Assembly: GCA_963666425.2 (NCBI GenBank)
Contig: OY762825.2
Location: forward strand, 1,472,001 to 1,536,000
Length of the DNA: 64,000 nucleotides
From: Bacillota bacterium
GTDB taxonomy: Bacteria > Bacillota > JAAYKD01
Direction of reading: 5' to 3'
The translations under genes were made by a program, and so were the position numbers. The first letter of the stretch is position 1. Every line of letters starts with the position of its first letter. Below the pieces are notes generated by a model, which was not told where the DNA came from, did not search any database, and worked only from the letters and a program-made list of their open reading frames with translations. This document shows, piece after piece, positions 31,445-42,741 of this stretch.

Positions 31445-33228
31445 TATGCTTCACCTCCTGATGGCAAGATCGAGGGGGCAGGCGGCATCGGCGGTTGTTC
31501 CTGCGGACGTAATTGCATTTCGTAAATTTGGTGATAAATCCCGCCGGTATCCAAAAGCAGCTCTTCATGCGAGCCTTCCTGCACGATGCGTCCTTTATCC
31601 AGGACCACGATTTTATCGGCATTGCGGATGGTAGAAAGTCGCTGGGCAATGATAAAGGTAGTAGAGTTTTCGGTTAACTTGGCAAAAGCCTGCTGAATGG
31701 CATGCTCAGTCTCCGTATCAACGCTGGAAGTTGATTCATCCAGGATTAAGACTTTCGCTTCCATCAGCAGCGCTCTGGCAATGGCCATCCGTTGTTTTTG
31801 TCCGCCGGAAAGACCAACCCCGCGTTCTCCTACCACTGTTTCATAGCCGTCTGGTAAGGTTTGAATGAATTCGTGGATTCTGGCCGCTTTGGCGGCAGAG
31901 ATAATATCCTCCAGAGTGGCGTCCGGCTTGCCATAGGCAATGTTATTGCGCAGGCTGTCATTAAAGAGGAAGGTTTCCTGCAGCACGATACCAACCTGAC
32001 GGCGCAGAGAATCGATGGTCACCTCTTTTAGATCATGACCGTCGATGCGCACCGTGCCTTTTTGTGGGTCATAAAAGCGGGGAACCAAATTGATGACTGA
32101 ACTTTTGCCGGAACCGGTCGAACCTAAGATTGCAATCGTCTGCCCTGGTAAGGCTTCCAAACAGATATCTTCCAGCACAAAGGTGCGGTTGTCATAACTG
32201 AAGAAAACGTGATCCATCACCACATGGCCTGCTAAAGGCGGCAGCGTGATTGCGCCAGGCGCATCCGCCACATCGCTTTGTGTATCCAGCACCTCAAAAA
32301 TCCGTTGACCGGAAGCAACCGCACGCTGCACCATGGAAATCAACATGCCAAACTGGCGTATCGGCTGAATCAGCTGCGCTAAAAGCGTGTTGAAAACCGT
32401 CCATTCGCCTAAAGTAATGCTGCCGCCGATTACTTGCCTGCCGCCATACCAAATCAGAAAGACGGTTCCCATATTGGAAATGAAGCTCATCAGAGGAGAA
32501 TAAAAGGCTTCCAGACGCACGGAGATCAAGTTTTTATCATAGTAGTTTTGATTCTCTTTGAGAAATTTCTCAATTTCATAATCTTCCTGCGCAAAGGCTT
32601 TGACAACCCGCACGCCGGTAATACTCTCCTGCATGGCGGCGGAGAAGATGCCCATCTGGTCCCGCACCATGCGGAAGGTCGGCCGTACTTTCACAGCAAA
32701 CTGTGTCACAGACCAAATCAAGAAGGGCATAAAGATTAAGGACATCATCGTCAAGCGCCAATTCATATTGAACAAGAGCACCAAAGTATAAACAATGGTC
32801 AACGAAGCAGAGAAGAGGTTGATAAAGCCCATACCCATTGCTCTCTGCAGGGTAGCAACGTCGGAGGTCATGCGCGACATTAATTCACCGGTTCTGTTTT
32901 GATCGAAAAAGCTAAAAGATAGTGTCTGTAAATGTTGATATAAACGATTGCGTACGTCATAAATCACTTTCTGCGCTGTAAATTCGATATTGTAGCGTTG
33001 AGCAAAAGTGATTGCTGTCTTGACGATGGCAACTGCTAATACCAGCCCGGCATAAATTGCAATTGATGAAAGATCCCCCGCTGGGATAAAGACATCGATG
33101 ATCTTTTCTGTCAACAGTGGCGAAATCAGACTCATCAAAGCAATGATATTGACGAGAAGAAAGGCGACCAGATAACGCGCCCAGTATTTCGCCATGAAAT
33201 CTTTTAATAATCGCGTATATACATTCAT
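31444..33228 (-). CDS. ABC exporter, fused permease/ATPase (heterodimer subunit A)
   Basis: GSTGSGKS, LSGGQKQR, IAQRLST (Q for switch His); start moved to MNVYTRL. Confidence 0.92.
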   Translation of the reverse strand: MNVYTRLLKDFMAKYWARYLVAFLLVNIIALMSLISPLLTEKIIDVFIPAGDLSSIAIYAGLVLAVAIVKTAITFAQRYNIEFTAQKVIYDVRNRLYQHLQTLSFSFFDQNRTGELMSRMTSDVATLQRAMGMGFINLFSASLTIVYTLVLLFNMNWRLTMMSLIFMPFLIWSVTQFAVKVRPTFRMVRDQMGIFSAAMQESITGVRVVKAFAQEDYEIEKFLKENQNYYDKNLISVRLEAFYSPLMSFISNMGTVFLIWYGGRQVIGGSITLGEWTVFNTLLAQLIQPIRQFGMLISMVQRAVASGQRIFEVLDTQSDVADAPGAITLPPLAGHVVMDHVFFSYDNRTFVLEDICLEALPGQTIAILGSTGSGKSSVINLVPRFYDPQKGTVRIDGHDLKEVTIDSLRRQVGIVLQETFLFNDSLRNNIAYGKPDATLEDIISAAKAARIHEFIQTLPDGYETVVGERGVGLSGGQKQRMAIARALLMEAKVLILDESTSSVDTETEHAIQQAFAKLTENSTTFIIAQRLSTIRNADKIVVLDKGRIVQEGSHEELLLDTGGIYHQIYEMQLRPQEQPPMPPAPSILPSGGEA

Positions 33229-33692
33229 TCTGAAGCTTCCCCCTTTCCATTTGCACTTAGAAAAAGCGCATTTTACCAAATGAACTGCCGATTCGATCTC
33301 AACGATTCGAAACCGCCCGGCATCGCTGTAAAATACGATGGGCAGATGAAGCTGAGACTGATAAAGCTCAAAACAACTTTTTCCTCGATTTTTCATTCAC
33401 ATTCGCAGAAATTATACTTGACAACAAGCTTTTTGTCAATATGCTTAACGTATAAAACCTTCTGTTAATAGAAATAATTTTCCTCTACACACTGAAAGTG
33501 TTTAGAAAGACGAATTAAAAGGACTACCATATGTCTTTAAGACATACGACAGTCCCATTTAATTCGGTTGATCATGTGTATTTTTCTAATTACATATTCC
33601 TCAAGCACAAATTTGATGTCGAATTGATTCTACTCTTATCATTTGATTTGTCACTCGACAATGAGCAGTCAGATCTGGCAGGATTTTTGTAA

Positions 33693-34925
33693 TTACAGCT
33701 TGGCGATATTCAACTCTATGATCATGGATTTTTCTTCATTCAAAGATAAATATTTGTCCTTGGATACTCCGATGAAGGCATCACCAAACATGTCGTAGAT
33801 AGAGGAGCTAATCTGGAACTCTGGAAGTCTTCCTATCAGTCGGTTTCCATCAAAAAACATGCCTACCTGCACCGGTGCTGCATAATTACCCTCCGGTGTG
33901 AAATCTCCCCCGAATGATGATGCGATCAATATTGCAGGTTGTCCTCCCAACAATTCTTTTAATGTTTTTTCTGAGGCTTCTACCTCAAAGCCTGCTAAAC
34001 CTAATGTGGGCACACCATCATATTCGGCGATTGCACTGCCTGTATGTTTTAATCCAAACTGGGTTGCTGTCTTCTTATCAGTGTAAGGCGCGGTGATAAC
34101 ACCTTTTTCAATCAGAGGATATCTATAATTCTTGTTAACCACTCCTTCGGCATCAAAAAAAGGGATCATAAGTTGATAGGGATCAGCGGATTGTAAGAAG
34201 GTGAATTTCTCATTGAAGACCTTCTTACCCATTTTATCAGTAAACAAAGAACTTTTTGTTCCTATTCGTAAGCCATTCAATTCGGTAATGAGCTTATCTA
34301 CCGGCATTTGTGCTGCTGTTGTGAAAATACAGGGATAGGTTTTACTGGTAGGTAAATCAACCATATTATGATATACACTTAGCATTCCATCTGTATACTT
34401 CAGAAATTCCTTTCGATCGTACCGCCTGCCCGAATAGCCAAGAAATGCATCATATATATTCGATTTTTTCTTGTCCTTCAGTTTCAAGTCCACCACAACA
34501 TAGTTATTCTTATAGTACAAATCCAAATTATTGTCGTTTTGCAGTGAAACCTCTTGAGAGCCTAAATTTATCTTGTCAAAAAAAGTAAAACCAGGATAAT
34601 CTTTCCCCAATATGGTTAGAACTTCTTCCATTTCGTTGACGAAGATGTCTTCTTTGATGATTTCTTTGTCCAAAGCAATACTCTCTTGATAATTTCCGGA
34701 AGCTTGAAAGGCATAGGGTATTTTAAGCTTTAAGGCTTCTGCTGCCTTTTGATACATTTCCTCCGAATGGTGATCACCCAAGGTGCTTGACACCCCTATA
34801 AAACCTTCATTATATACTCTGTAACCGGTCCTTGTAATATCTTTTTTGCGTAACGATTCTACTTTCGTTTGTGCAACACAGATGCCGGTCTCTCTTACTC
34901 TGATTTGATACTTTTCTTTTATCAT
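33693..34925 (-). CDS. TldE/PmbA-like protein (non-catalytic partner)
   Basis: PFFDAEG, GGDFTPEGNYAAPVQ; no HExxxH; downstream of tldD. Confidence 0.8.
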   Translation of the reverse strand: MIKEKYQIRVRETGICVAQTKVESLRKKDITRTGYRVYNEGFIGVSSTLGDHHSEEMYQKAAEALKLKIPYAFQASGNYQESIALDKEIIKEDIFVNEMEEVLTILGKDYPGFTFFDKINLGSQEVSLQNDNNLDLYYKNNYVVVDLKLKDKKKSNIYDAFLGYSGRRYDRKEFLKYTDGMLSVYHNMVDLPTSKTYPCIFTTAAQMPVDKLITELNGLRIGTKSSLFTDKMGKKVFNEKFTFLQSADPYQLMIPFFDAEGVVNKNYRYPLIEKGVITAPYTDKKTATQFGLKHTGSAIAEYDGVPTLGLAGFEVEASEKTLKELLGGQPAILIASSFGGDFTPEGNYAAPVQVGMFFDGNRLIGRLPEFQISSSIYDMFGDAFIGVSKDKYLSLNEEKSMIIELNIAKL

Positions 34926-34938
34926 CGTTCCATTCCTC

Positions 34939-36276
34939 CTAAAGAACGTTCATATTTAGTACTCTGACATAGGGGCCACCAAAGGCTACCGGCAGAGAAT
35001 TTTGTTCATACTTGCCGCAGCCTCCTGTTGTAAAAGATACTATTTCCAAAGTATCAGAAAGACCATCAATTTGATTCATGGTTTCAAACACATTTCCTGT
35101 CAGTACAGATATATTCACCGGCTCAGCTATTTTTCCATCTCTGATCATATAAGAGGTCGATGGTGCTATGGTAAAGGTAGACATCCCCGTGCCATACTTC
35201 ACAGATTTTACTAATATTCCCTCCTTTATATCACGAAGCAGTTCTTCAAAGGTCAAATTACCTTCTTTAATGTACGTGGTAGTCATCCTCACGATTGGTT
35301 CGAATTCAAAGTCAATTGCTCTCGAATTGCCGGTAACACCTTCATCCAGATAGGCAGCCGTAGCAGCACTATGTAATCTCCCCTGAAGCAGGCCATCCTT
35401 GATTAAATAGGTTTCTTGGCACTTTGTTCCTTCATCGTCAAAAGGAATATAACCGGAGCCCATGTAACCGCCATTATCGACAATGGATAATAGATCTCTC
35501 CCTACTTTGCTGCCGATGGCCCATTCCTTTTTCATATTTTCATCACCGATCATAAAATCAGCTTCACTCTTGTGTCCGAAGCTTTCATGAGCAAATACAC
35601 CAGCTGCTACGGGCGCCAATACTACTGTATATTTACCCGGTTTTATGGGCTGAGCATATTTCAAGAATTCCTCCGATGCTTGTATCCCCTGCTTCAGTTT
35701 GTCATAATCATTACCGAGTTCATCAAAATAATTGGCGGTTTTTTGATAGCTGCCATTAAATGTTTTATCCCCGTCTGCCATACTAAACCGAAAAGAGATA
35801 CCTGTAGTCTGAAAATCAAACTTCAAATCGGCTCCTTTACTGGAGTAAAATTCCTTTACAATGTTTTTGTCGAGATAAGAGCCCTTCCACATTCTGATAT
35901 ATGGATTTTCATTCAGTAAAGGAAAATAGCCTTTCAAAAATTCCATTTTTTTCTGCTGACTTACCTGCTGCACATTTCTAACCTCAAATTGCAAATAGCT
36001 GCCTGTATGTGCCTCTAATCTGATTACTGCGGGGTGCTCATTTACTTTCTCATTTCTTTTTGCATAAATCGCAAGACAGTCTATCTCCTGCTGAAGATTT
36101 TCTACGTTGCTCGTTGCGCTGTAATACCATCTTTCTCCATCAAATATTCTTATAAATGCCCCTCTATAAGACGTAGATTTCAATTCATCGACAGAATCCA
36201 TGGTATAAATGATTTTTGTAGAGAATACATTCTCTATGCGAACATCGGTATATAAGTTCTTCGGAAATACAAACAT
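34939..36276 (-). CDS. tldD: TldD/PmbA family metalloprotease
   Basis: FAHESFGHKSEAD, FDDEG, PIVRMT, GGCGK..Q..LPV..GGP. Confidence 0.9.
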   Translation of the reverse strand: MFVFPKNLYTDVRIENVFSTKIIYTMDSVDELKSTSYRGAFIRIFDGERWYYSATSNVENLQQEIDCLAIYAKRNEKVNEHPAVIRLEAHTGSYLQFEVRNVQQVSQQKKMEFLKGYFPLLNENPYIRMWKGSYLDKNIVKEFYSSKGADLKFDFQTTGISFRFSMADGDKTFNGSYQKTANYFDELGNDYDKLKQGIQASEEFLKYAQPIKPGKYTVVLAPVAAGVFAHESFGHKSEADFMIGDENMKKEWAIGSKVGRDLLSIVDNGGYMGSGYIPFDDEGTKCQETYLIKDGLLQGRLHSAATAAYLDEGVTGNSRAIDFEFEPIVRMTTTYIKEGNLTFEELLRDIKEGILVKSVKYGTGMSTFTIAPSTSYMIRDGKIAEPVNISVLTGNVFETMNQIDGLSDTLEIVSFTTGGCGKYEQNSLPVAFGGPYVRVLNMNVL

Positions 36277-36786
36277 TTGTCCACCTCCTAAATATATGGT
36301 TGCTAAAACAACCTAATTTGTTTAAAATTTACTAACCCTTTCTGCTAGAGTCACGTTAAAAAGAAGCAAATTGCTACGATTGCATGGCTAAAAAAGAGTA
36401 TAGAAAAGACACCCCCAACAAGGAGCTCAATGTGAACTAACACAAGAGCCCGAGGGGTGTCCTTCCAAAAGCATTCTATTTGTATTGGACTTTTCCCAAG
36501 AGCGCAAGAGTGAAAAAGAAACAATTTTTTATGTAATTCCACCAATGTTTCACGACTGTTTAACATGCTCTGCAGCACTTGTTTGCTGTATGGTTCAATT
36601 TGCACATCAAATTATTGAAGTCTATATGGTTCGTCTGATGACGAAAGGTGAAATGAATTAAGACTGTTTGTTTTTCGAAGCAGGTTGGCTGAACCAGCCT
36701 GCTCACACCCTAAAGCGCTCATGATTGCTGCCAATGCAGGGCCAAAAGTTCCCGATAGTATAAGAGAAGGCTACCCGAACGCAGCA

Positions 36787-37125
36787 TTAAGTGATAATCT
36801 TCTGCACGATATTACTGATCAGCGATAAGACAATCGCGCCAAGGATTGCCGTTCCCCAACTGTTGACCCGGAAACCATCGACAAAATTAGCCGTGATCTT
36901 CAATACTGCGCCATTGATCACAAAAGCGAATAAACCGAAGGTGAGGATGGTGATCGGTAAGGAGAGTAAAAGCATCACCGGTTTAATAAAGGCATTCACC
37001 AGACCCAGAACCAATGCCGCAGCCAGGGCGGAACCTAGGTTTGCTACTTGAAAACCGGAGAACAGATACGGCATGATGAAAATAGCCACTGCATTACTGA
37101 TTAAGGTCACAAGAAAACCATTCAT
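36787..37125 (-). CDS. YvlD/DUF360 (4-TMS holin-like) membrane protein
   Basis: AALVLGLVNAFIKP.....LPITILTFGLF.FVIN. Confidence 0.9.
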   Translation of the reverse strand: MNGFLVTLISNAVAIFIMPYLFSGFQVANLGSALAAALVLGLVNAFIKPVMLLLSLPITILTFGLFAFVINGAVLKITANFVDGFRVNSWGTAILGAIVLSLISNIVQKIIT

Positions 37126-37190
37126 TTGACGACACCTCTTATTATTGTATTATCTCTTTTAATCTATTCGCTTTCACGCCGCAAATTCCT

Positions 37191-38465
37191 CTAAATTTCT
37201 TCATCGGGTGAGATGTTGATATTACCATTAGAAGTACGTGCAGCCAAGCGCAGCCGTTTTTGATAGCTGGCAAAATCCGGTGTCGTATCGATATGACGGT
37301 ATTTTGCTTGTGCCGCATAGCCTCCCACGGCGCCCGGCAGATCGACCTTTACCTTACCCAAAGAGGTGGAAAGATCAAAATCGTGCGCCAGATCCTGGCA
37401 GTCCGGCACTCTGACCCGAACGGTGCCATTGGTCGTGGAAAGTTCGAATGTATTGACCGTCTCTTCGGTCGCAGCCACGTTGACGCTGCCATTCGAGGTA
37501 TAAGCAGTGAGCAGAGGAACGCCTCCGTCACAATGAATGCTGCCATTGGAACTGCGCAGATGCGCCACTTTGGCAGCCGTACCGAGCAGAGCAATTCGGC
37601 CATTGGAAGTTCTGCCTTCAATTCCTTCCGCAGTTAAATCTTCCAGAACGATGCGGCCATTGCCGGTGTCCAGTGTAAAATCATAGATTCTGTTCTGCGG
37701 CAGCCACAACTCCACACTCATACCGGAGTTGATGCCATTTAACGATTTACCGTCAATAATCAAACCTTCATCGGTATGAGAAACGGTAACCCGGCTTTCC
37801 GCTTTGCTTCTGGCTTCCTCTTCACTGCCGGCCCGGATTTTTTTAGAAAGAATCAAGCGGAACTCGTTGCGGTTCCAACCCAGACACTCGATCCGTCCAT
37901 TGGCAGTTTGGATATGAATGAAAACCGCTCGTTTCGCATCGGCATCCAGGAAGTTTCCTTCCATTTGTTCTTCAAAGGTATAGGTGCTGTCAAAGACATT
38001 AAAACCAAACGCACTCTCCACATTGGATAGTACGGAATTGACCAGTCCGCTTACCCCATCCATGGTGTCGCGCAGAGCCGAATCAACACCTACCACACTA
38101 TCACGCGATTTACGGTATTGTCTGTCTTCTTCGCGGGCACGCCGGGTCGCTTCGCTGTTTTGCTGACTGGCTTGTTCCCGAGCAAGACGCTCCATTTCTC
38201 TGGCCTGCCGTTTGGCCTCCAAGGCGGTTTCTTTGGCGATCCGCTTGGCTTCCCGGGCAGCCTCTTTGATTTCGTATTTCATTTGATGCATGGCATCCTT
38301 AAAATCATAATCTGGTTTGCTGCTTTCTGACGTATCCGCAGTTTCCGCTTGCGGCTCAGGCGCGTTCTCAGCCAGCGCTTCTAAGAGCAAAACCGCTTCA
38401 TTGGCCTTGATTTTGCCTTCTTCAACCATTTGTAAGATCATTTTCCGTTCTTCTATCATGGACAT
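37191..38465 (-). CDS. YvlB/LiaX-like protein: SHOCT-like N-terminus + DUF4097 beta-repeats
   Basis: EERKMILQMVEEGKI.A.EA..LLEAL; repeated T(S/A/G/T)NG.I motifs. Confidence 0.85.
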   Translation of the reverse strand: MSMIEERKMILQMVEEGKIKANEAVLLLEALAENAPEPQAETADTSESSKPDYDFKDAMHQMKYEIKEAAREAKRIAKETALEAKRQAREMERLAREQASQQNSEATRRAREEDRQYRKSRDSVVGVDSALRDTMDGVSGLVNSVLSNVESAFGFNVFDSTYTFEEQMEGNFLDADAKRAVFIHIQTANGRIECLGWNRNEFRLILSKKIRAGSEEEARSKAESRVTVSHTDEGLIIDGKSLNGINSGMSVELWLPQNRIYDFTLDTGNGRIVLEDLTAEGIEGRTSNGRIALLGTAAKVAHLRSSNGSIHCDGGVPLLTAYTSNGSVNVAATEETVNTFELSTTNGTVRVRVPDCQDLAHDFDLSTSLGKVKVDLPGAVGGYAAQAKYRHIDTTPDFASYQKRLRLAARTSNGNINISPDEEI

Positions 38466-38495
38466 GGTGCTTCCTCCTTTATTCGTCGTTGCGGC

Positions 38496-39413
38496 TTACA
38501 TTAAGTCGACATCGTTGTCTTGGGCTTCCGTGCGGCTGCTAACAACCACTTGTAATTCTGCTAATCCTGTTTCCAATTCGGTCAAGGCTGCATCGGCTTT
38601 TTCATTTCCGGTTTTCGCCCAGGCGGTCAGCTCATCGGCATATTTGACTTCTTTTTCATTGCTGGCTTTTTGCTGCAGCGCAACACACTGTTCCGCTACC
38701 TCTGCCATCAGAGAAGACAACTCCGCCATGTCATTGTGCATTTCGCTGATAAAGGATTCGATTTCCTCTGTTTCGCGCTCTTCATCCTCTTCGTTCCATT
38801 CTGCCCAGGCATCCTGCAAGTCATTCAAATGATCTGCTACTTCAGCCATAGCATCCCGTAACGCATCCAATTCGGCTTCGAATTCTTCCGCCTGCTCTTC
38901 CATGGCGTCCTGCATTGCTTCGCTTACGTCTGCTGCTTTTTCTTTCAGCTCATCGGCGATGTCAACTACTTTGTTTTTCAGATTCGAGGCTGTCTCGGAT
39001 CCATTTTTTTTGCTTTCTGCAATTTCTTTCCGCATCCCTATCATGGCCTGACTGACTTCGTCACGAATAATTGAACCTAAATCTTTCATCGTAGAGCCAA
39101 TTTTTCTGCCGGCTGCTTGGAAATCTTCATCTTTGACAGCCTTTTGAATTTCTTCGCTTAAGCGCATCCCCATCTGCTGGCCGGCTTTGCCCACCGTTTT
39201 GGCACCATGGCTGACTGTATCGAAAATCTGCTGTTCTTCAAAAGATTTTCCACTATGACGGCTGGGGCGATAGGAACCGGAGGGGGTGCTTGGCTTGACC
39301 GGACGGATTGGCTCCTGTGCTTTTTGCAGGGCACTGAGCAATTTAGCAGCTTCTTCTGCCGTGATTTTTTGCTCGCTGAGCATTTGTAAAACTTTCATTC
39401 TTTCCTCATTCAT
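38496..39413 (-). CDS. SHOCT-like domain coiled-coil protein (YvlB-like N-terminus)
   Basis: MNEERMKVLQMLSEQKITAEEAAKLL.AL then acidic helical repeats; GGAGG RBS before 39413. Confidence 0.75.
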   Translation of the reverse strand: MNEERMKVLQMLSEQKITAEEAAKLLSALQKAQEPIRPVKPSTPSGSYRPSRHSGKSFEEQQIFDTVSHGAKTVGKAGQQMGMRLSEEIQKAVKDEDFQAAGRKIGSTMKDLGSIIRDEVSQAMIGMRKEIAESKKNGSETASNLKNKVVDIADELKEKAADVSEAMQDAMEEQAEEFEAELDALRDAMAEVADHLNDLQDAWAEWNEEDEERETEEIESFISEMHNDMAELSSLMAEVAEQCVALQQKASNEKEVKYADELTAWAKTGNEKADAALTELETGLAELQVVVSSRTEAQDNDVDLM

Positions 39414-39602
39414 GATTCTCGCTCCTCCAATTATTTCTTCATACGTAACCACACTTGGTTTACGAGATCATTATAAGCATATAGCTTTCATTTGTCAAGG
39501 GTTATGTTAAATATTTTTAGTATTTATCTGTTAACATTTGATATCGCTTATTAAGGGATTCTTCCCTCTCCAACACTCCCAACGAAAATCGTCAACTGAC
39601 AC

Positions 39603-39631
39603 TTGCATGATAGATTGAATAAGGGTATAAT
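39603..39631 (+). promoter_or_regulatory. SigA-type promoter of uvrA
   Basis: TTGCAT, 17 bp, TATAAT. Confidence 0.6.
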
Positions 39632-39691
39632 TGGTAGGATGTTTTTCAAAGACCGAATAGTAACCATTTTAAGCAAGATACGGGAGATCAT

Positions 39692-42598
39692 ATGAACGAT
39701 AAAATAATCATCCAGGGAGCGCGTCAACACAATCTGAAAGATATCAATGTTGAATTGCCCCGCAACAAATTCATTGTTTTCACCGGTTTATCCGGTTCGG
39801 GTAAATCGTCGCTTGCCTTCGATACCATCTATGCGGAAGGACAAAGACGTTATGTCGAGTCCTTATCCTCCTATGCCAGACAGTTTCTCGGTCAAATGGA
39901 GAAACCGGATGTTGATATGATTTCCGGACTTTCTCCAGCCATCTCCATTGATCAAAAGACCACTTCCAAAAATCCACGTTCCACCGTGGCGACGGTAACG
40001 GAAATCTACGATTATATGCGTTTACTTTACGCCAGAGTCGGTCAGCCCTACTGCCCCAACTGCGGTAAGAAGATCAGTCAGCAAACCGTGGAACAGATCG
40101 TCGATCAGGTGCTGACCTTGCCGACGTCCACCCGGCTGCAAATTCTAGCGCCGCTGGTGCGTGGCCGCAAAGGGGAATATACCAAACTATTTGAAGATAT
40201 GCGTAAGGAAGGTTATGTCCGTATGCGTGTCGATGGTACGGTCATTGACCTGGGCGATGAGATCAAATTGGCTAAAACCAAAAAACACACTCTGGAAGTC
40301 GTGGTAGACCGCTTGGTTTTACGAGAAGACATCCAGCAACGGCTGGCAGATTCGGTGGAAGCGGCCTCCAATTTGGCCGGTGGTTTGGTCATTGTGCAGG
40401 TGATTGACGGAGAAGAGTGGCTGTTCTCACGCAATTTTGCCTGCCCCGACTGCGGTTTTAGTTTTGAAGAAATCCAGCCGCGCATCTTTTCCTTCAACAA
40501 TCCTTATGGTGCTTGTCCCACCTGCGGGGGCTTAGGTGTAAAGCGCGAATTCGATCCCGATCTGATCATGCCGGATAAATCCCGCTCCATCGAAGAAGGC
40601 GCCATTGAAATCTGGTCGAGTCCTCATGCCAATTATTATCCGCAGATGTTGGCAGCCCTGGCGGAGCATTACCATTTCTCCACCACGGTGCCGGTTTCCG
40701 AGCTGTCTGAAGAAACGATCAAGTTATTGATGTATGGCAGCGGCAAAGAGAAAATCAAAGTGCATTATGTTACGGTCGAAGGCCGTAAAACCACCTTTGA
40801 TACGATCTTTGAAGGCGCTGTCAGCTGGTTGGAACGCCGGCTGCGGGAAACCGAATCGGATGCGCAGCGGGAAGAAATCGAACAATATATGAGCAGCAGT
40901 CCCTGCCCCGATTGCGGCGGCAAACGTTTAAAGAAAGAAGTGCTTTCCATTCTGTTCGGGGGTTTGAATATAGCCGAGGTTTCCGCTTTTTCTGTCTCGG
41001 AAGCGCTCACCTTTTTTCAAAATGTCAAACCGACGCTGACCACCCGCGAAATGATGATCGCGGCTCAGATTCTCAAAGAAATCGAAGCCCGGCTTGGCTT
41101 TCTGCTCAATGTCGGCCTGGATTATCTGACGTTAAACCGCGCTTCCGGCACACTTTCCGGCGGAGAAGCGCAGCGCATTCGCCTGGCGACCCAAATCGGC
41201 TCCGGTTTGGTTGGCGTGCTTTATATTTTGGACGAACCCAGCATCGGACTGCATCAGCGCGATAACGCAAAACTGCTGCAAACCCTGAAACATTTACGCG
41301 ATTTGGGCAACACCCTGATCGTAGTGGAACACGATGAAGAAACGATGTGGGCGGCGGATCATATTCTCGATATCGGCCCCGGTCCCGGCACGCACGGCGG
41401 TCAAATCGTGGCGCAGGGCACCGCGGCAGAAATCTGCCAGGTAGCCGAAAGCATCACCGGTCAATATCTGAGCCGCAAGAAATTCATTGCCGTCCCGGCT
41501 CAGCGTCATCCCCTTTCCAACCGCTGGCTGACTGTCAAAGGCGCCCGCGCCAATAATCTGAAAAATATCGATGTCGCCATTCCGCTCGGCGTCTTCACCT
41601 GTGTGACCGGCGTTTCCGGATCGGGCAAATCCTCTCTGGTCAATGAAATTATTCGCAAAAAGCTGTTGGCTAGCCTAAATCGGGCAAAAACGAAGCCGGG
41701 TGACCATGATGAAATCTTAGGAATGGAAGAGCTGGATAAGGTGATTGATATCGACCAATCTCCAATCGGCAGAACGCCGCGTTCCAACCCGGCCACTTAT
41801 ACCGGTGTCTTCGGTGACGTCCGTGAATTATTTGCTTCCACCAATGATGCGAAGGTGCGCGGCTATAAATCCGGCCGCTTTAGCTTCAACGTCCGCGGCG
41901 GGCGCTGCGAAGCCTGCAAGGGCGACGGCATCATTAAAATCGAGATGCACTTCCTGCCGGATATTTTCGTCCCCTGCGAAGTCTGTAAAGGCAAACGTTA
42001 CAGCCGGGAGACCTTGGAGGTGCATTACAAAGGCAAAAGCATTGCCGATGTCCTCGACATGACCGTAGAAGAAGCCTTGGGTTATTTTCAGAATTTGCCC
42101 AAGATCGCCCGCAAAATCCAGACGCTTTATGATGTGGGCTTGGGTTATATTAAGCTTGGTCAGCCGGCCACCACCCTCTCCGGCGGCGAAGCGCAGCGGG
42201 TAAAATTAGCCACGGAATTGTCCCGCCGCGCCACCGGACGCACCCTCTATTTGTTGGACGAACCTACCACCGGACTGCACATTGCCGATATCGATCGTTT
42301 GCTGGAGGTCCTGCACCGTCTGGTAGAGAATGGCGATACCGTTGTGGTAATCGAACACAATCTTGATGTGATCAAGACTGCCGATTATATCATCGATATG
42401 GGGCCGGAAGGCGGCTTCCGCGGCGGTGAAGTGATCGCCACAGGCACACCGGAAGAGATTGCTGCCTGTGAGCACTCCTATACCGGACAGTATCTGAAAA
42501 AGGTTTTAGCCAGAGCTGCCGAAGCAACTATCGCGGCTGCAGCCGATTTGACACCCTTACTAGTCGACCCGGCAGTCAGTGCCGCTCCGGAAATCTAA
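39692..42598 (+). CDS. uvrA: Excinuclease ABC subunit A
   Basis: [23 protein letters not shown], two ABC cassettes, Zn fingers, [11 protein letters not shown]. Confidence 0.99.
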   Translation: MNDKIIIQGARQHNLKDINVELPRNKFIVFTGLSGSGKSSLAFDTIYAEGQRRYVESLSSYARQFLGQMEKPDVDMISGLSPAISIDQKTTSKNPRSTVATVTEIYDYMRLLYARVGQPYCPNCGKKISQQTVEQIVDQVLTLPTSTRLQILAPLVRGRKGEYTKLFEDMRKEGYVRMRVDGTVIDLGDEIKLAKTKKHTLEVVVDRLVLREDIQQRLADSVEAASNLAGGLVIVQVIDGEEWLFSRNFACPDCGFSFEEIQPRIFSFNNPYGACPTCGGLGVKREFDPDLIMPDKSRSIEEGAIEIWSSPHANYYPQMLAALAEHYHFSTTVPVSELSEETIKLLMYGSGKEKIKVHYVTVEGRKTTFDTIFEGAVSWLERRLRETESDAQREEIEQYMSSSPCPDCGGKRLKKEVLSILFGGLNIAEVSAFSVSEALTFFQNVKPTLTTREMMIAAQILKEIEARLGFLLNVGLDYLTLNRASGTLSGGEAQRIRLATQIGSGLVGVLYILDEPSIGLHQRDNAKLLQTLKHLRDLGNTLIVVEHDEETMWAADHILDIGPGPGTHGGQIVAQGTAAEICQVAESITGQYLSRKKFIAVPAQRHPLSNRWLTVKGARANNLKNIDVAIPLGVFTCVTGVSGSGKSSLVNEIIRKKLLASLNRAKTKPGDHDEILGMEELDKVIDIDQSPIGRTPRSNPATYTGVFGDVRELFASTNDAKVRGYKSGRFSFNVRGGRCEACKGDGIIKIEMHFLPDIFVPCEVCKGKRYSRETLEVHYKGKSIADVLDMTVEEALGYFQNLPKIARKIQTLYDVGLGYIKLGQPATTLSGGEAQRVKLATELSRRATGRTLYLLDEPTTGLHIADIDRLLEVLHRLVENGDTVVVIEHNLDVIKTADYIIDMGPEGGFRGGEVIATGTPEEIAACEHSYTGQYLKKVLARAAEATIAAAADLTPLLVDPAVSAAPEI

Positions 42599-42741
42599 AT
42601 CCTTTGAGAAAACCTTGCGCCGCTCAACTCGCAGGGTTTTCTTTTTTCATGCAGCTATTTATGACCGAAAAATGAAACCAAAGCCCGTCGAGATTCGAAA
42701 AAAAGGAGATTGAAACAGATAACCAGAAATAGACTGAGATT

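Noticed and set aside
36351-36605. 84-aa ORF as TldD substrate peptide
   Set aside because: No RBS, crosses a terminator-like hairpin, no precursor-like composition
36630-36660. Hammerhead ribozyme (CTGATGA...GAAA)
   Set aside because: Stem II and flanking stems I/III cannot be formed convincingly
36787-37125. Second prophage suggested by a holin-like gene
   Set aside because: YvlD with YvlB-like genes near uvrA resembles the chromosomal arrangement in Bacillus; no phage genes adjacent
39540-39691. LexA (Cheo) box upstream of uvrA
   Set aside because: No GAAC-N4-GTTC match seen
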